The notes beneath the pieces are model-generated. The model did not search any database and was not told where the DNA came from. It saw nothing but the letters and a program-made list of their open reading frames with translations. From NCBI RefSeq assembly GCF_001194135.2, contig NC_068982.1, positions 12,107,287 through 12,141,219 on the forward strand: a stretch of 33,933 nucleotides of DNA, in the 5' to 3' direction. Positions 10,785 to 22,430 of this stretch are shown here, piece by piece (position 1 is the stretch's first letter; each line of letters starts with the position of its first letter). A program made the translations under genes and the position numbers. Origin of the DNA: Octopus bimaculoides (taxonomy: Eukaryota).

Positions 10785-11112
10785 CATTTCAGTTATTAGA
10801 GTATGGCCATGCTGGGGCAAATGAATTGACCCCCAGTACTTATTTTTTTAAAGCTTGGTACTTATTCTACCAGTTGCTTTTATTGAACCGCTAAGTTACA
10901 GGGACATAAACACATCAATGCCAGTTTTCAAGTGGTGGCACACACACACACACATTATATATGACAGGCTCCTTTCAGCTTCCATCTAACTTATCCATTC
11001 ACAAGGCTTTGGTTAGCCTCAAGCTATAATAGAAGACACCTGCCCAAGGTGTCATGCAGTGGACTGAACCCGGAAGCCTGTGGTTGAGAAGTGAGCTTCT
11101 TACCACACAGCT
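10785..11112 (-). mobile_element. family A SINE
   Basis: Tail and head motifs as in 6915-7309. Confidence 0.8.
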
Positions 11113-11128
11113 ATATCGGTACATCTTT

Positions 11129-11435
11129 ATCATCATCTTCATTTAACGTCCGTTTTCCATGCTGGCATGGGTTGGACAGTTTGATTGGGGACTGGCAAGC
11201 CAGCAGGATGTACCAGGCTCCAGTCTGATCTGGCAAGGTTTCCTCAGCTGGATGCCCTTCCTAATGCCAACCACTCCGAGAGTGTAGCGAGTGCTTGTTA
11301 TGTGTCACCGGCACAGGAGCCAGTCAGGCGACACCGGTATCGACCACGTTCGGATGATACTTTTTTACGTGCCATCGGCACAGGAGCCAGTTGAGGTAGT
11401 GGAGGTGGTGGTGGGGAACTGGCATCGACCACGTA
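11129..11435 (-). mobile_element. family B (RTE 3' end) copy
   Basis: CATCATC..CATTTAACGTCCGTTTTCCATGCTGGCATGGGTTGGAC...CTGGATGCCCTTCCTAATGCCAACCACTC. Confidence 0.85.
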
Positions 11436-12672
11436 GTCAGCAGGGGTAGGAGGTGGGGAGTACTGGCTAATGTATATTTTCTATCTCCAACTACATTTAC
11501 AATAGAACACGATAATCAAACATGATAAACCAGGCAAAAAAAAAAAAAAAAAAGAGAGATAAAGCCATATCAACTCAACTGTTTTCAATCTTTGAAATGA
11601 ATAGTAAACAGCCTGACCAGGAAAGTCATACAATTGTGTTTGTTTCTGTAACTTTTTCTTATTGTTTTAAACATTATAAATCAACTGTATAACCCTCAAA
11701 TAAACCGTTTAGAGACAGTGATCTACAAATTTCATTGATGAATGGATTCTAGAAGGTCAAAGTATTAAAATATGAGGATGTAACTAATTCATCATGTTGA
11801 AATATATGTAAAATGAGGATATTTAAGTAAATTTTGGCTGTCTAATAAACCTTTCTGTATTAATACTTCATTTCGTAGAGAAAGTAATAAAGAATTCAAT
11901 AAAACAATCTGATTGAGTAGTAATGACTATGGAAGCCTTCTGTTGTCATAATTATATTGATTAACTGTTCCACATATTTTAATCTCTCTTCTAGTTTTCC
12001 TGAAAAGTTAATAAATTTATTAGACTTTTCCAATAAATAATATCAATAGATTACAGAAAATATCTATTGGAAATCAATAATTCATTAAGTGGATCCACTA
12101 AAACTATTTCATTTTTAGATTCTATTTTGATTAATTATAAAAACAAAAGAGAAATAAAATCAAATGGAAATATCAAATATACAAGTGTGTATATATACAT
12201 GTGTGTGTGTGTGTGTATGTGTGTGTGTGAGTAATGAAACAAAAACATTTTCATTAAAAATTAAGCAAATCACTAAATCTTAATTTTACTGATGGGTTTC
12301 ATAGTAAGTATAAACAATTGTTTTCATGACCAAAATGCTCATACATAATGAACAAAAGTAAATATAAATTTCAATACAATTAAATAGATGGAATTAAATT
12401 AAGAATTCATTGGATTGTAAGAAAGTTTAATGATGTCAATGCTGTTAAACATTTTTTTTTTTAATACATGATAATTAATTTTGTCTTTTTCTTCTGTAAG
12501 GAAGGAAATGTATAGTGTAAATAGACATATTTTTCAACAGTATCTGAATTTGAAGAAATATGTGGCTTAGATGTAAAGTGTCTACAAAAGTGTAATAAAT
12601 AATTTCAAGTAACTTGATATGAGAATATGTTTTTCTTGTGGAAGAATCATTTTAGCCATTTAAAAATATACA

Positions 12673-12835
12673 CAGGTGCAGTTATAGCTTGTGGTTAAAG
12701 AGTTTGCTTCTCAACTATAAGGTCTCAAAATTAGTCCCACTTTGGGTAAGTGTCTTTTATAATAGTTCAAGGCTGTTCAATGTCCTGTGAAGGTATTCGA
12801 TAAATGTAAACTGCAGTGAGCCTGTTGTGTATATG
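12673..12835 (+). mobile_element. highly decayed family A SINE head
   Basis: GTGGTTAAAGAGTTTGCTTCTCAAC...AGTCCCAC..TGGGTAAGTGTCTTT. Confidence 0.5.
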
Positions 12836-13311
12836 TATGTATGAATATTCTTGTTCCATGATTGACGCAGCTTGAAAAAAGTGGCTGTGTTAACATTTCT
12901 TTTTGGCATTATGATTGGTCACTGTGTACTTTTGAAATCCTGTGGAATAAAGAAATTCTTTACTTAAAAAAAAACAAATAAGAGTTTATGACAGGTAGAG
13001 CATCTGGTTACAAAATGCTACCTCAGATAAATCTTGTTCAAACCCATGCTAGCTTGGAAAAACATACAGTAAACAAAGAAAGGGACACAACTGTTTCATT
13101 TTTCTTAATAGTATTGTTTATTATGAAGTATTGAAAAATTCCATTGTGATACAGTGGAATTGAGTCAGTGACAAGGTCTTTTTGAAGCTTTATGATAGAT
13201 TGTACTATTAAGAAATAAAATAGCAGTGAATGTCACAGTTTTTGTGCATTTTTAAGCAGCTAAAATGTCTCTTCCACATTTCGTTATCTATCTTCTATCT
13301 TCTATCTTCTA

Positions 13312-14808
13312 TCTATATATATAAAAATGAGAATGTGTGTCTGTCTATCTGTCTGTCTGTCTGTCTGTCTGTCTGTATGTATGTCTGTCTGTCTGTCTGT
13401 GTGAATCCCTAAAACTCGAGAACTACGCAACCAATTTCATTCAAATTTTACAGATGCCTTACTTAGGGTTCCAGTTGTGTTTTAGTAAAAAAAAAATTAA
13501 CTTCTTGCAGAGTTCGAGCCCACGGCAACATAATATCTCCTCCACTATTTAAGTATTACGTGTCAAAAGTGAAACAAAAACACTCATGTCAAATACTTTC
13601 ACTTTAAAAATGAAACTATTCTNNNNNNNNNNNNNNNNNNNNNNNNNNNNNNNNNNNNNNNNNNNNNNNNNNNNNNNNNNNNNNNNNNNNNNNNNNNNNN
13701 NNNNNNNNNNNNNNNNNNNNNNNNNNNNNNNNNNNNNNNNNNNNNNNNNNNNNNNNNNNNNNNNNNNNNNNNNNNNNNNNNNNNNNNNNNNNNNNNNNNN
13801 NNNNNNNNNNNNNNNNNNNNNNNNNNNNNNNNNNNNNNNNNNNNNNNNNNNNNNNNNNNNNNNNNNNNNNNNNNNNNNNNNNNNNNNNNNNNNNNNNNNN
13901 NNNNNNNNNNNNNNNNNNNNNNNNNNNNNNNNNNNNNNNNNNNNNNNNNNNNNNNNNNNNNNNNNNNNNNNNNNNNNNNNNNNNNNNNNNNNNNNNNNNN
14001 NNNNNNNNNNNNNNNNNNNNNNNNNNNNNNNNNNNNNNNNNNNNNNNNNNNNNNNNNNNNNNNNNNNNNNNNNNNNNNNNNNNNNNNNNNNNNNNNNNNN
14101 NNNNNNNNNNNNNNNNNNNNNNNNNNNNNNNNNNNNNNNNNNNNNNNNNNNNNNNNNNNNNNNNNNNNNNNNNNNNNNNNNNNNNNNNNNNNNNNNNNNN
14201 NNNNNNNNNNNNNNNNNNNNNNNNNNNNNNNNNNNNNNNNNNNNNNNNNNNNNNNNNNNNNNNNNNNNNNNNNNNNNNNNNNNNNNNNNNNNNNNNNNNN
14301 NNNNNNNNNNNNNNNNNNNNNNNNNNNNNNNNNNNNNNNNNNNNNNNNNNNNNNNNNNNNNNNNNNNNNNNNNNNNNNNNNNNNNNNNNNNNNNNNNNNN
14401 NNNNNNNNNNNNNNNNNNNNNNNNNNNNNNNNNNNNNNNNNNNNNNNNNNNNNNNNNNNNNNNNNNNATGTGGTGCATAAATTGTCAAGTAAATGAGACG
14501 CATCTTTACCTCCACTGATTCACTTGCAAAGTGTTGAGTAAAATTATTTCGTTGCAGACCTCCTTTGAGTCTTTTTATTATCACTGCGACACATAGTCCC
14601 CAGTTGGTAACATTGATTTCAAGGCCCTCCTAGATGAGAGACTGGCATTTCACTTAATGTCTATGTTCCATGCTGGCATGGATTGGAGAGTTATTAATGT
14701 AGAAATATGGTATCGTAGCTACTAACAGTTGAGGGTTGCGTAGTCTAGACGGCGTTTTTAGATTTCATTATTCTCTTTAACCCGGGCAAAGCCGGGTATT
14801 TCTGCTAG
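13312..14808 (+). mobile_element. non-autonomous Helitron-like element (interior largely N)
   Basis: A|TC 5' terminus (TCTATATATATAAAA), (CTGT)n microsatellite near the 5' end, 3' hairpin ACCCGG-GCAAAG-CCGGGT (14780-14797), CTAG (14805-14808) followed by T: canonical Helitron termini and A^T target. Both ends are assumed to belong to one element across the gap. Confidence 0.8.
13623..14467. other. assembly gap (N); others at 15754-15820, 18912-19248, 20616-20655, 30667-30676, 31116-31644, 32972-33187
   Basis: Runs of n. Confidence 1.
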
Positions 14809-15354
14809 TAATAAATAAACAGAAATTACAACAACTATTTATTTCCCATATCTGATGTGATGTACCCACCAACATGTTATTTATTGGTCAATTACAAGTA
14901 CTTGGTCACTTAACTTCCTTTCTGTAGGGCTGTTTCACTGTGACTAGTCATAAAAAATAACAGATTATTTGAAAGACATTTGATTTGACACAACAGAGCA
15001 TTTCCTGTAATTTGACAATTGACTATGAAACACTTCTGGCTGCTTAAATCTGCCAATTGCTTAGATCTGCACTAGTTTTATACAAAATACACCCCACTCC
15101 ACCCGATATGAAGTGTATTTTATGTTTAATGATTCTGAAACAGTGAAAACTACAATAGAAATAATTCTCAAAATATATCCAATTACATCATTTATACTGC
15201 CAAGTGACTAAAACACATCACTCAAGTATAATTTTCAAAGAAACTGTGTATTGTAGCATAATTAAAAAAAAAAAAGGTTGGGGTGCTTTCAAAGTTTAGT
15301 GATGTTTTCTTAATAATACCACTCATCTTATTATTTTTTTTTAACACCCCCAAC

Positions 15355-15573
15355 GTGGCAAGCTGGCTGAGTTGTTAGGATGCTGGATAAAATACTTAAT
15401 GGCATTTCATCTGTTTTTATGTTCTATGTTCAAAAATTCCACTAAGGTTGACTGTGCCTTCTATCCTTTTGGGGTCAATAAAATAAGTACCTGTCCAATG
15501 TTAGGATTGATGTAATGGACTTCCACCCCTCCCTACCAAAACTGCTGGACCTATGCCAAAATTTTAAACCATT
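15355..15573 (+). mobile_element. second tRNA-derived SINE family (family C, Nin-domain-like centre)
   Basis: GTGGCAAGCTGGCTGAGTTGTTAG...ATGTTCAAAAATTCC...AGGTTGACTGTGCCTTCTATCCTTTTGGGGTCAATAAAATAAGTACC; weaker relatives near 2510-2590, 2945-3040 and 8610-8740. The domain label is from recall. Confidence 0.6.
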
Positions 15574-15820
15574 ATTTAATAACTTTTAAAGTCTCTTCCC
15601 AACTGATGCTCATCTTCAACTTGGGCAGGTCAGCATAAGCAAGGTGCCTTTCTAGAGGAGTGAAGTCTTAGGTTTGGGAAAATGATTTAGCATGTGATTT
15701 GGGGACAAAAGACAAGAGGAGAAGTCAGTGTTTCAAGTGAAGTGGTATATATANNNNNNNNNNNNNNNNNNNNNNNNNNNNNNNNNNNNNNNNNNNNNNN
15801 NNNNNNNNNNNNNNNNNNNN

Positions 15821-15853
<33 letters not shown>

Positions 15854-16591
15854 TACTGGTTTAGAAGATCATAAACTGTTGTAGTAGTGTGGAATAAAAA
15901 TAAAGTTCATCTTTTGATTAATTGTTAAATATTGGTGAACAAACCTTTGTCAATCACCTAGAAGCCCTGCCACTGTTTTTTAGGATACTGCCTTGAATTT
16001 TTGTAAAAAAACTATGCCAGTTATTTATTATACAGAATTAAAAGAAATTATAATTAATGTGCTCATCCTGTTTAAAATATAACTGTGTTTCATTCATGGG
16101 AAAGAAAACAATTGATCTGATTAAGTTCTTCCCCTGTACTTGAATTTTAATATTTCTAATTTAATGTTAAACAAGCTTAACAATCTTAGAATAATAATCC
16201 TTTACTAACTTGGAACATCTCCTCCTTTGAGTGGTTATCTATTAGTTCTTAAATGGTAGATATCGCGCCAATCTATTTTCTGACATGCAAACGAATTCTA
16301 GCTTTAGAAAGATCTTGGCAAAATTAAGACACTTGCAAAGCTGTTGAAGCATGCAATCATGACCAAAGCCTTTCACCTTAATTATATCCAATACTAATCA
16401 ATATAATCTGAGAAGTTTTCTCATTGAAAGTACGATATGTGTACGTATTAACAGCAATCACTTGGGTTTTTCCTGATGATGTGTCACCTTAATTTTCCTT
16501 TTCTTTCTTTTTTTTTTCTTTTACTTTCCCATTAATGTATTTTATTTGTCTATCGCCATTAACCCTATCAAAATCTATATGGATGACAGAC

Positions 16592-16741
16592 CTCTTTATT
16601 TTTCTGAGTCCTTCAAATCCATTATGCCATTTACTACTATCAGCTATTCCGATCAGATGTACATTTAAGGGAAATATCACACAGGCAGTGTTTGCCATAA
16701 CCATATCTGTCAAAAGATATCTAACAATCTTGTGACATTTA
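16592..16741 (-). CDS. candidate coding exon, unknown product
   Basis: Strong acceptor TTTTTCTTTGTCTTTTGGCCTCAG, single open frame KCHKIVRYLLTDMVMANTACVIFPLNVHLIGIADSSKWHNGFEGLRKIK within the 16489-16776 ORF; weak donor GTCTGT gives 150 nt, phase-compatible with 10086-10139. Confidence 0.3.
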
Positions 16742-17862
16742 CTGAGGCCAAAAGACAAAGAAAAACTGCTCACCACTCCACTTCACTCCAGTTTTTCATT
16801 ATCACTTGCAAATTAAAGGGTCTAACAACAATAAAAAAAAAAGAAACAAACAAAAAAGAAAGAAAAGGAAGCAATATCCAGCCAATCCAGGAAACTTTCA
16901 TAGTATTTATCCTGAAGAGATGTATCAGAAGTCAAAGAATAATGAAAGTGATCGCTCTATATGGTCGTTCTTGACATTTTATTCATTGGTAAAGTGATTT
17001 CTCTATAATACATTTATCATGTGGGAGACACCAAACATTACATCTCCATCATCATCCATCATCCTCCATTTTACTCGCTTATTTCAGTCATTGAACTACA
17101 GCTATGCTGGAGCACTTCCTAAATAAAGTTTTATTCAAAGTGAAGATGTAGAAGCTGACTAGTATTGTTGCTTGCTACTCAGTAGGCAACAACAACACTG
17201 CTTCACAAAGCAAACATCTTTATGTGGTGTACATTGTTTCACTGTTGTGTCATTGATTTTCTATTTAAAAAACAAAAAAAAGTCACTAAGCTTTGTTTAA
17301 GTTTTTTTATTGTTTCAGCAGTGACTTAATTTCAACAGTAAATTTCAAATGGAATTCAACTCAAAATTTTGAATATAAAATTAAATCAGTAGACACATAA
17401 TTATAAAACCAATTTAGATATGATAGCCTTCAATCTAATTGTTTTTTTTTTTTTTTTCCTTTGTATTTGTTTTCAAGACTGAAACAGCTCCCTATTAAAT
17501 ATATTCATACTGTTTATCAAATAAAATAAATTAGATGTAGATTTCTTTCAGCTTTATTGTCGTTATATTTATTTCTTGTTTGCATTTTTTCCCCCCCTGA
17601 CATATTGCAAATAAAAATTACAAGGTTTCACTGTCAGCTGTTTACTCCTCTTTCCTATGAATCAGCTCTGCCTATAAATGTCTGGATCGGTTTTGCCTCT
17701 TGCTGTAGCATTAACTGTAAATCCCAGTTTGTCAATATACATATGTGACATAAGGGGGAAATAATAAACTTAACACACAAAATGCTGCCTATCCAATTTT
17801 ATTGTTTCTATTAAAGAATCAGTAGAAGTTATGTCAAGTTCCTCAAATATTACCTCTGATAA

Positions 17863-17899
<37 letters not shown>

Positions 17900-17900
<1 letters not shown>

Positions 17901-18075
17901 GTGAGAATGTACGAAAAAACAACAGACGAGGACAGGTAGTGTAAATAACAAAAGGATGTATTAGTATGACGCTCGGGAATAAGGAAAGTCTTTGACGTTT
18001 CGAGCTACGCTCTTCAACAGAAAGAATACGGAGACAAGGAGAAAAACACGGAGAAAAAAAATTGAATAGTGTTCA
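17900..18075 (-). mobile_element. CpG-rich short repeat carrying a minimal hammerhead-like motif, flanked by (TA)n
   Basis: Second copy at 10545-10692; motif at 17989-18025. Confidence 0.7.
17989..18025 (-). ncRNA. putative minimal type I hammerhead ribozyme (A6U variant, extra A after A9)
   Basis: Minus strand TCTTT-CTGTTGA-A-GAGC-GTA-GCTC-GAAAC-GTC-AAAGA: stem I 5 bp, stem II 4 bp, no intramolecular stem III, GUC triplet. Confidence 0.6.
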
Positions 18076-18091
18076 GTCAACGGTCAATCAT

Positions 18092-18166
<75 letters not shown>

Positions 18167-18852
18167 CATACACATACATATGTATGTATATATATATTTG
18201 TATGTATGTATATTTAACGATTTTGGTAAAATTAGTTGATTTTTAAAAAATTTTATTCCACCCTCCCACACATTCTAAATTGATAAAAATTCTTGTTTTT
18301 CTATTTTATTTGTTGCAAGTCAGAGCAATCATATTTATTTTGATTATGTTGATATTTTGTTTAAAGATGTTATATAGCTTCAATTGGCTGTTTAAAGAAT
18401 TTCTTTCGATTTCTGAAGCCTATTTTATTTTAGGCAATGCAATTCCTTTGAAATCTCCTTAAAACGTTAGTTTGTTTGCTATGCATATAAGTACAAATGT
18501 TATGTTTATCTTCCTGTTTTCTTTCTTTTTGATAAGAGTTCAATGAACACAGTTGTTATGTTTGATAAGATAAAGTTTGTAGTCAGAGACAAGTTTCAAC
18601 AACCCCCCCTGCCTCTCTCTCCTCTCTGTGTGTCTCTCCTGACATTATCCTAACATGTAATTTAGATTTGTCATTTAAATGTATCTTACAGAAATGAATA
18701 ATGATACTAGCTTTCAAATTTTTCTTTACATCTAGCACTTATTATCAGCGAAAACACACTTTTTAGAAAACAACTGAGGAAAATACCAGCTCTGCCAAAT
18801 TAATCTTGTTCATACATTATAACACACACACATGTGTGTGCATACATATACG

Positions 18853-18911
<59 letters not shown>

Positions 18912-19248
18912 NNNNNNNNNNNNNNNNNNNNNNNNNNNNNNNNNNNNNNNNNNNNNNNNNNNNNNNNNNNNNNNNNNNNNNNNNNNNNNNNNNNNNNNNN
19001 NNNNNNNNNNNNNNNNNNNNNNNNNNNNNNNNNNNNNNNNNNNNNNNNNNNNNNNNNNNNNNNNNNNNNNNNNNNNNNNNNNNNNNNNNNNNNNNNNNNN
19101 NNNNNNNNNNNNNNNNNNNNNNNNNNNNNNNNNNNNNNNNNNNNNNNNNNNNNNNNNNNNNNNNNNNNNNNNNNNNNNNNNNNNNNNNNNNNNNNNNNNN
19201 NNNNNNNNNNNNNNNNNNNNNNNNNNNNNNNNNNNNNNNNNNNNNNNN

Positions 19249-19365
19249 CATTACCACCACCACCACTACTACCATCTCCATCACCACCACCTCACTACCA
19301 CCACCACCACTACTACCATCACCACCACCACCACCACCACCACCACCACCACCACTACAACTACT
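19249..19365. repeat. (CAC/CAT/CTAC)n trinucleotide-rich tract
   Basis: Direct reading; source of the poly-H/T/P ORFs. Confidence 0.9.
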
Positions 19366-20573
19366 GTCAGCTGGGCTGCTAAAGCTATTTGCAACCACAG
19401 CAGTAATTGTCATTAATGCCACCATAGTCACCCCTGCTATTATCAGTAATACAATTACCACCATTGCTATGACCAAGATCACCAAGCTTGTGTCTTGCTC
19501 TAATTTTCACTCAGAAAAGAGAATAATTGCATTTTTAAAGCGTCGTAATGGATTTCAGAATAAAGGCTGTAACACACAACTTGAAATCATTGATTGAATG
19601 GGTTATTTTTATGTTTTGCTTCAGTTGATATGTTATTATTAAACAAATAAGAAAGATCAAAGCTTTGCCATTATTTTCTTTAAATGTTATTATTCTCATT
19701 CCCGTTGTCAAATTACTCATTATCCAGCAGGAATCGATATTTGAATATTTCTCTTCCTATTTTTACCTGGAAATGCTGCTCACCTTACAAGATGAACAGA
19801 GAAGTTAAATATTAAGCCTACCTGCTTAAGCTTAGTTGTTTGAACGTTTGTTATTTAGTTAGCTTTGTAGCTTTAGAAAGGAAGATGTTGTTAGCCCATT
19901 GTATCTAAGATGTGGAATGTAGGAAGAATTTATTCACAGCAATCATCAAAGCTGAACCAGATAATTTCCTGAATATATCACAAACATATATATTAACAAT
20001 ATTATAAGAAAACATCTTTTTAGGCAGCAAGCAAGCAAGCAACTTCTAGAAGTCACTAACAATCACCATTAAAAGATTAAAAATTAGATTTCAGTTTGGT
20101 TTCAAATTTATCAAGGAAGTCATTTTTATATCAATTTATGAAAAATGTACAAGAGTTATATATTTGTGAAATTAATTTGTATTTCAACTACTGTAGGTTT
20201 GTAAGATAGGTATAATTTAGAAGATAAAAATGCCTGATTTAGTTCACATGACAAAGTAACCAAATTATTAAATCTTAAAAGTGAAATTCTTAAGAGTGTT
20301 TTTTTTTTTATATGTATATATATATATATATGAAAGCACTTGTAATGTTGCTACTTTGAATAAGTATATTAAAATCTCTAAATATATTAATCAGAAAGTA
20401 TAAAGGTTTATATTCAAATGTAGCATAGCAATATTAATTCCAGCTACTTTTGTATCTATACGGATTTTAAGGCAGCTTTTGATTCTAAGGAATATTTTAA
20501 AAATATATTACCTGAACTATTTTCTTTTCACACTATGCACATGTTGTGTGCATGTGTAAATATGTATGTATGG

Positions 20574-20615
<42 letters not shown>

Positions 20616-20655
20616 NNNNNNNNNNNNNNNNNNNNNNNNNNNNNNNNNNNNNNNN

Positions 20656-20691
<36 letters not shown>

Positions 20692-20699
<8 letters not shown>

Positions 20700-21024
20700 C
20701 GGAAAATGTATAGTATTAAATATCCATCACGGCTGGTCTTACCAATCGGTTTCATGTCAAGAATACAATAGAGTGTTAGGTAACAAACCGATTATAAAAC
20801 TTTATGCTCATCAGAGTTAGCCGATATGGAAGGGAATATGGCGACTGCTCTATATTGACAATAGTGAGCAGTCGCCATGTTCACTTCTATATCAGCTAAC
20901 TCTGATGAGCGTAAATTTATATAATCGGTTTGTTATCTAACATTCCATTGTATTCTTTACACGAAACCAATTAGTAAGACCAGCCATGATGGATATTTAA
21001 TCCTATACATTTTGGGATAATATA
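20692..21024. repeat. near-complete fold-back palindrome (about 165-bp arms) with a hammerhead-like core in each arm
   Basis: 20692-20857 is the reverse complement of 20859-21024 with scattered mismatches; centre TATTG-A-CAATA. Confidence 0.92.
20887..20992 (+). ncRNA. putative type I hammerhead ribozyme with long stem II loop
   Basis: CTGATGA (20902-20908), GCGTAAA/TTTACAC stem II with one C-A mismatch, GAAAC (20963-20967), CAATTA, GTA (20974-20976); stem I has 2 bp, an internal loop, then GCT/AGC. Confidence 0.55.
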
Positions 21025-21092
21025 CCCACTCTACTGATAGACATACAAGTGCATCTTTTCCCTAACTTATGATCTTTTAGACGACTCACATG

Positions 21093-21161
<69 letters not shown>

Positions 21162-21312
21162 GAGCAGGTGTAGCTGTGTGGCTAAAAGCTCACTTTAAAA
21201 CTTTGTGCCATAGCATAGTGTAAAAATAGAAATAAATTTACACACATGGAAAATGATCAAACCTTTTGTTTCACTGTGCCACTGTGTTATTTTGACCAGA
21301 AAGTAGGAAATA

Positions 21313-21495
21313 ATATGATTTCAACTTCAGACATTTCATAATCCATTACTATGACCTCCTGCTTATGCGAGACTGCAACACCAATTTACGTGTTGACTTC
21401 TTTGGACTGTGAGTGATCCAATGGCGAATGTCCTGAATAACTTCCAGCATTCAAACCGTAGGGTCTCTTTGTTTTGGGGCATTGTGCATTGACCC
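21313..21495 (-). pseudogene. Tc1/mariner-type transposase N-terminal (HTH) remnant
   Basis: Manual translation GSMHNAPKQRDPTV*MLEVIQDIRHWITHSPKKSTRKLVLQSRISRRS**WIMKCLKLKSY resembles the GS..D.P..GRP.TV...SP..STR.L.....IS..S...I....LKLK.Y pattern; 3 stops. Confidence 0.6.
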
Positions 21496-21900
21496 TGTAG
21501 GGCACTGCTTCTTACTTAGAAACACACTTCAAAAATGCCATGTGTTTGTTTAACAGAACCTGTTCTCATTTCCACTTCCATTCTTTCTGCTGTTGAGAAG
21601 AGGCTAGACACGCTCACTCAATGCAATCTTATGATCAGCTAATGTGGTGAAGATGTGGTGAAGACAACATAGCTTGTTGAAGTAATCACATGGCTAAGCC
21701 CATACACTAACCAGCAAGGGAAACATCTATGCATATGCTAATGGTTCCCAACCTTTCCAATATCTGGGCCTGATCCAAACCCTGGACTTTTTTAGGGGAC
21801 ACACCATAAAAAGTAAAACACAAATTGATTAAAGAAAACATTATATTTATACAGGGACTGTTGGGGGCAACCAGAAGGATGATAAACAAAAAGGTCTTTT

Positions 21901-21937
<37 letters not shown>

Positions 21938-21940
<3 letters not shown>

Positions 21941-22430
21941 TCACCATCATCGTTTAACGTCTGCCTTCCATGCTAGCATGGGTTGGACGATTTGTCTGAG
22001 GACTGGTGAACCAGATGGCTACACAAGGCTCCAATCTGATTTGGCAGAGTTTCTAGTGCTGGATGCCCTTCCTAACGCCAACCACTCCAAGAGTGCAGTG
22101 GGTGCTTTTGCATACCACTGGCACGAAGGCCAGTCAGGCGGTACTGGTAATGTCCATGCTCAAAATGGTGTATTTTACATGCCACCTGCACAGGAGCCAG
22201 TCCAGCGGCACTGGCAACAACCTCGCTTGAATGTCTTTTCACGTGCCACTAGCACAAGTGCCAGTAAGGCGACGCTGGTAACGATCGCACTCAAATGGTG
22301 CTATTTACGTGCCACTGGCATGGAAGTCAGACAGCTGCTCTGGCAATGATCATGCTCGGACGGTACTCTTAGTGCTCCACTGGTACAGATGCCATCACAA
22401 TTTCAATTTCACTTGCCCCCAACAGGTCTT
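21938..22430 (-). mobile_element. family B (RTE 3'UTR) copy
   Basis: Nearly the same sequence as 32770-32971 plus repeated GC-rich 3'UTR subunits. Confidence 0.85.

Noticed and set aside
13549-14584. ORFs of about 310 aa
   Set aside because: Almost entirely X from the assembly gap.
18806-19597. Poly-P/H/T ORFs suggesting a formin- or mucin-like protein
   Set aside because: Microsatellite plus gap translation; open in several frames on both strands.
21740-21875. Possible hAT-type MITE ends (GGTTCCCAACCTTT ... GTTGGGGGCAACC); a similar lone end near 9395
   Set aside because: Terminal repeats too degenerate; no TSD identified.
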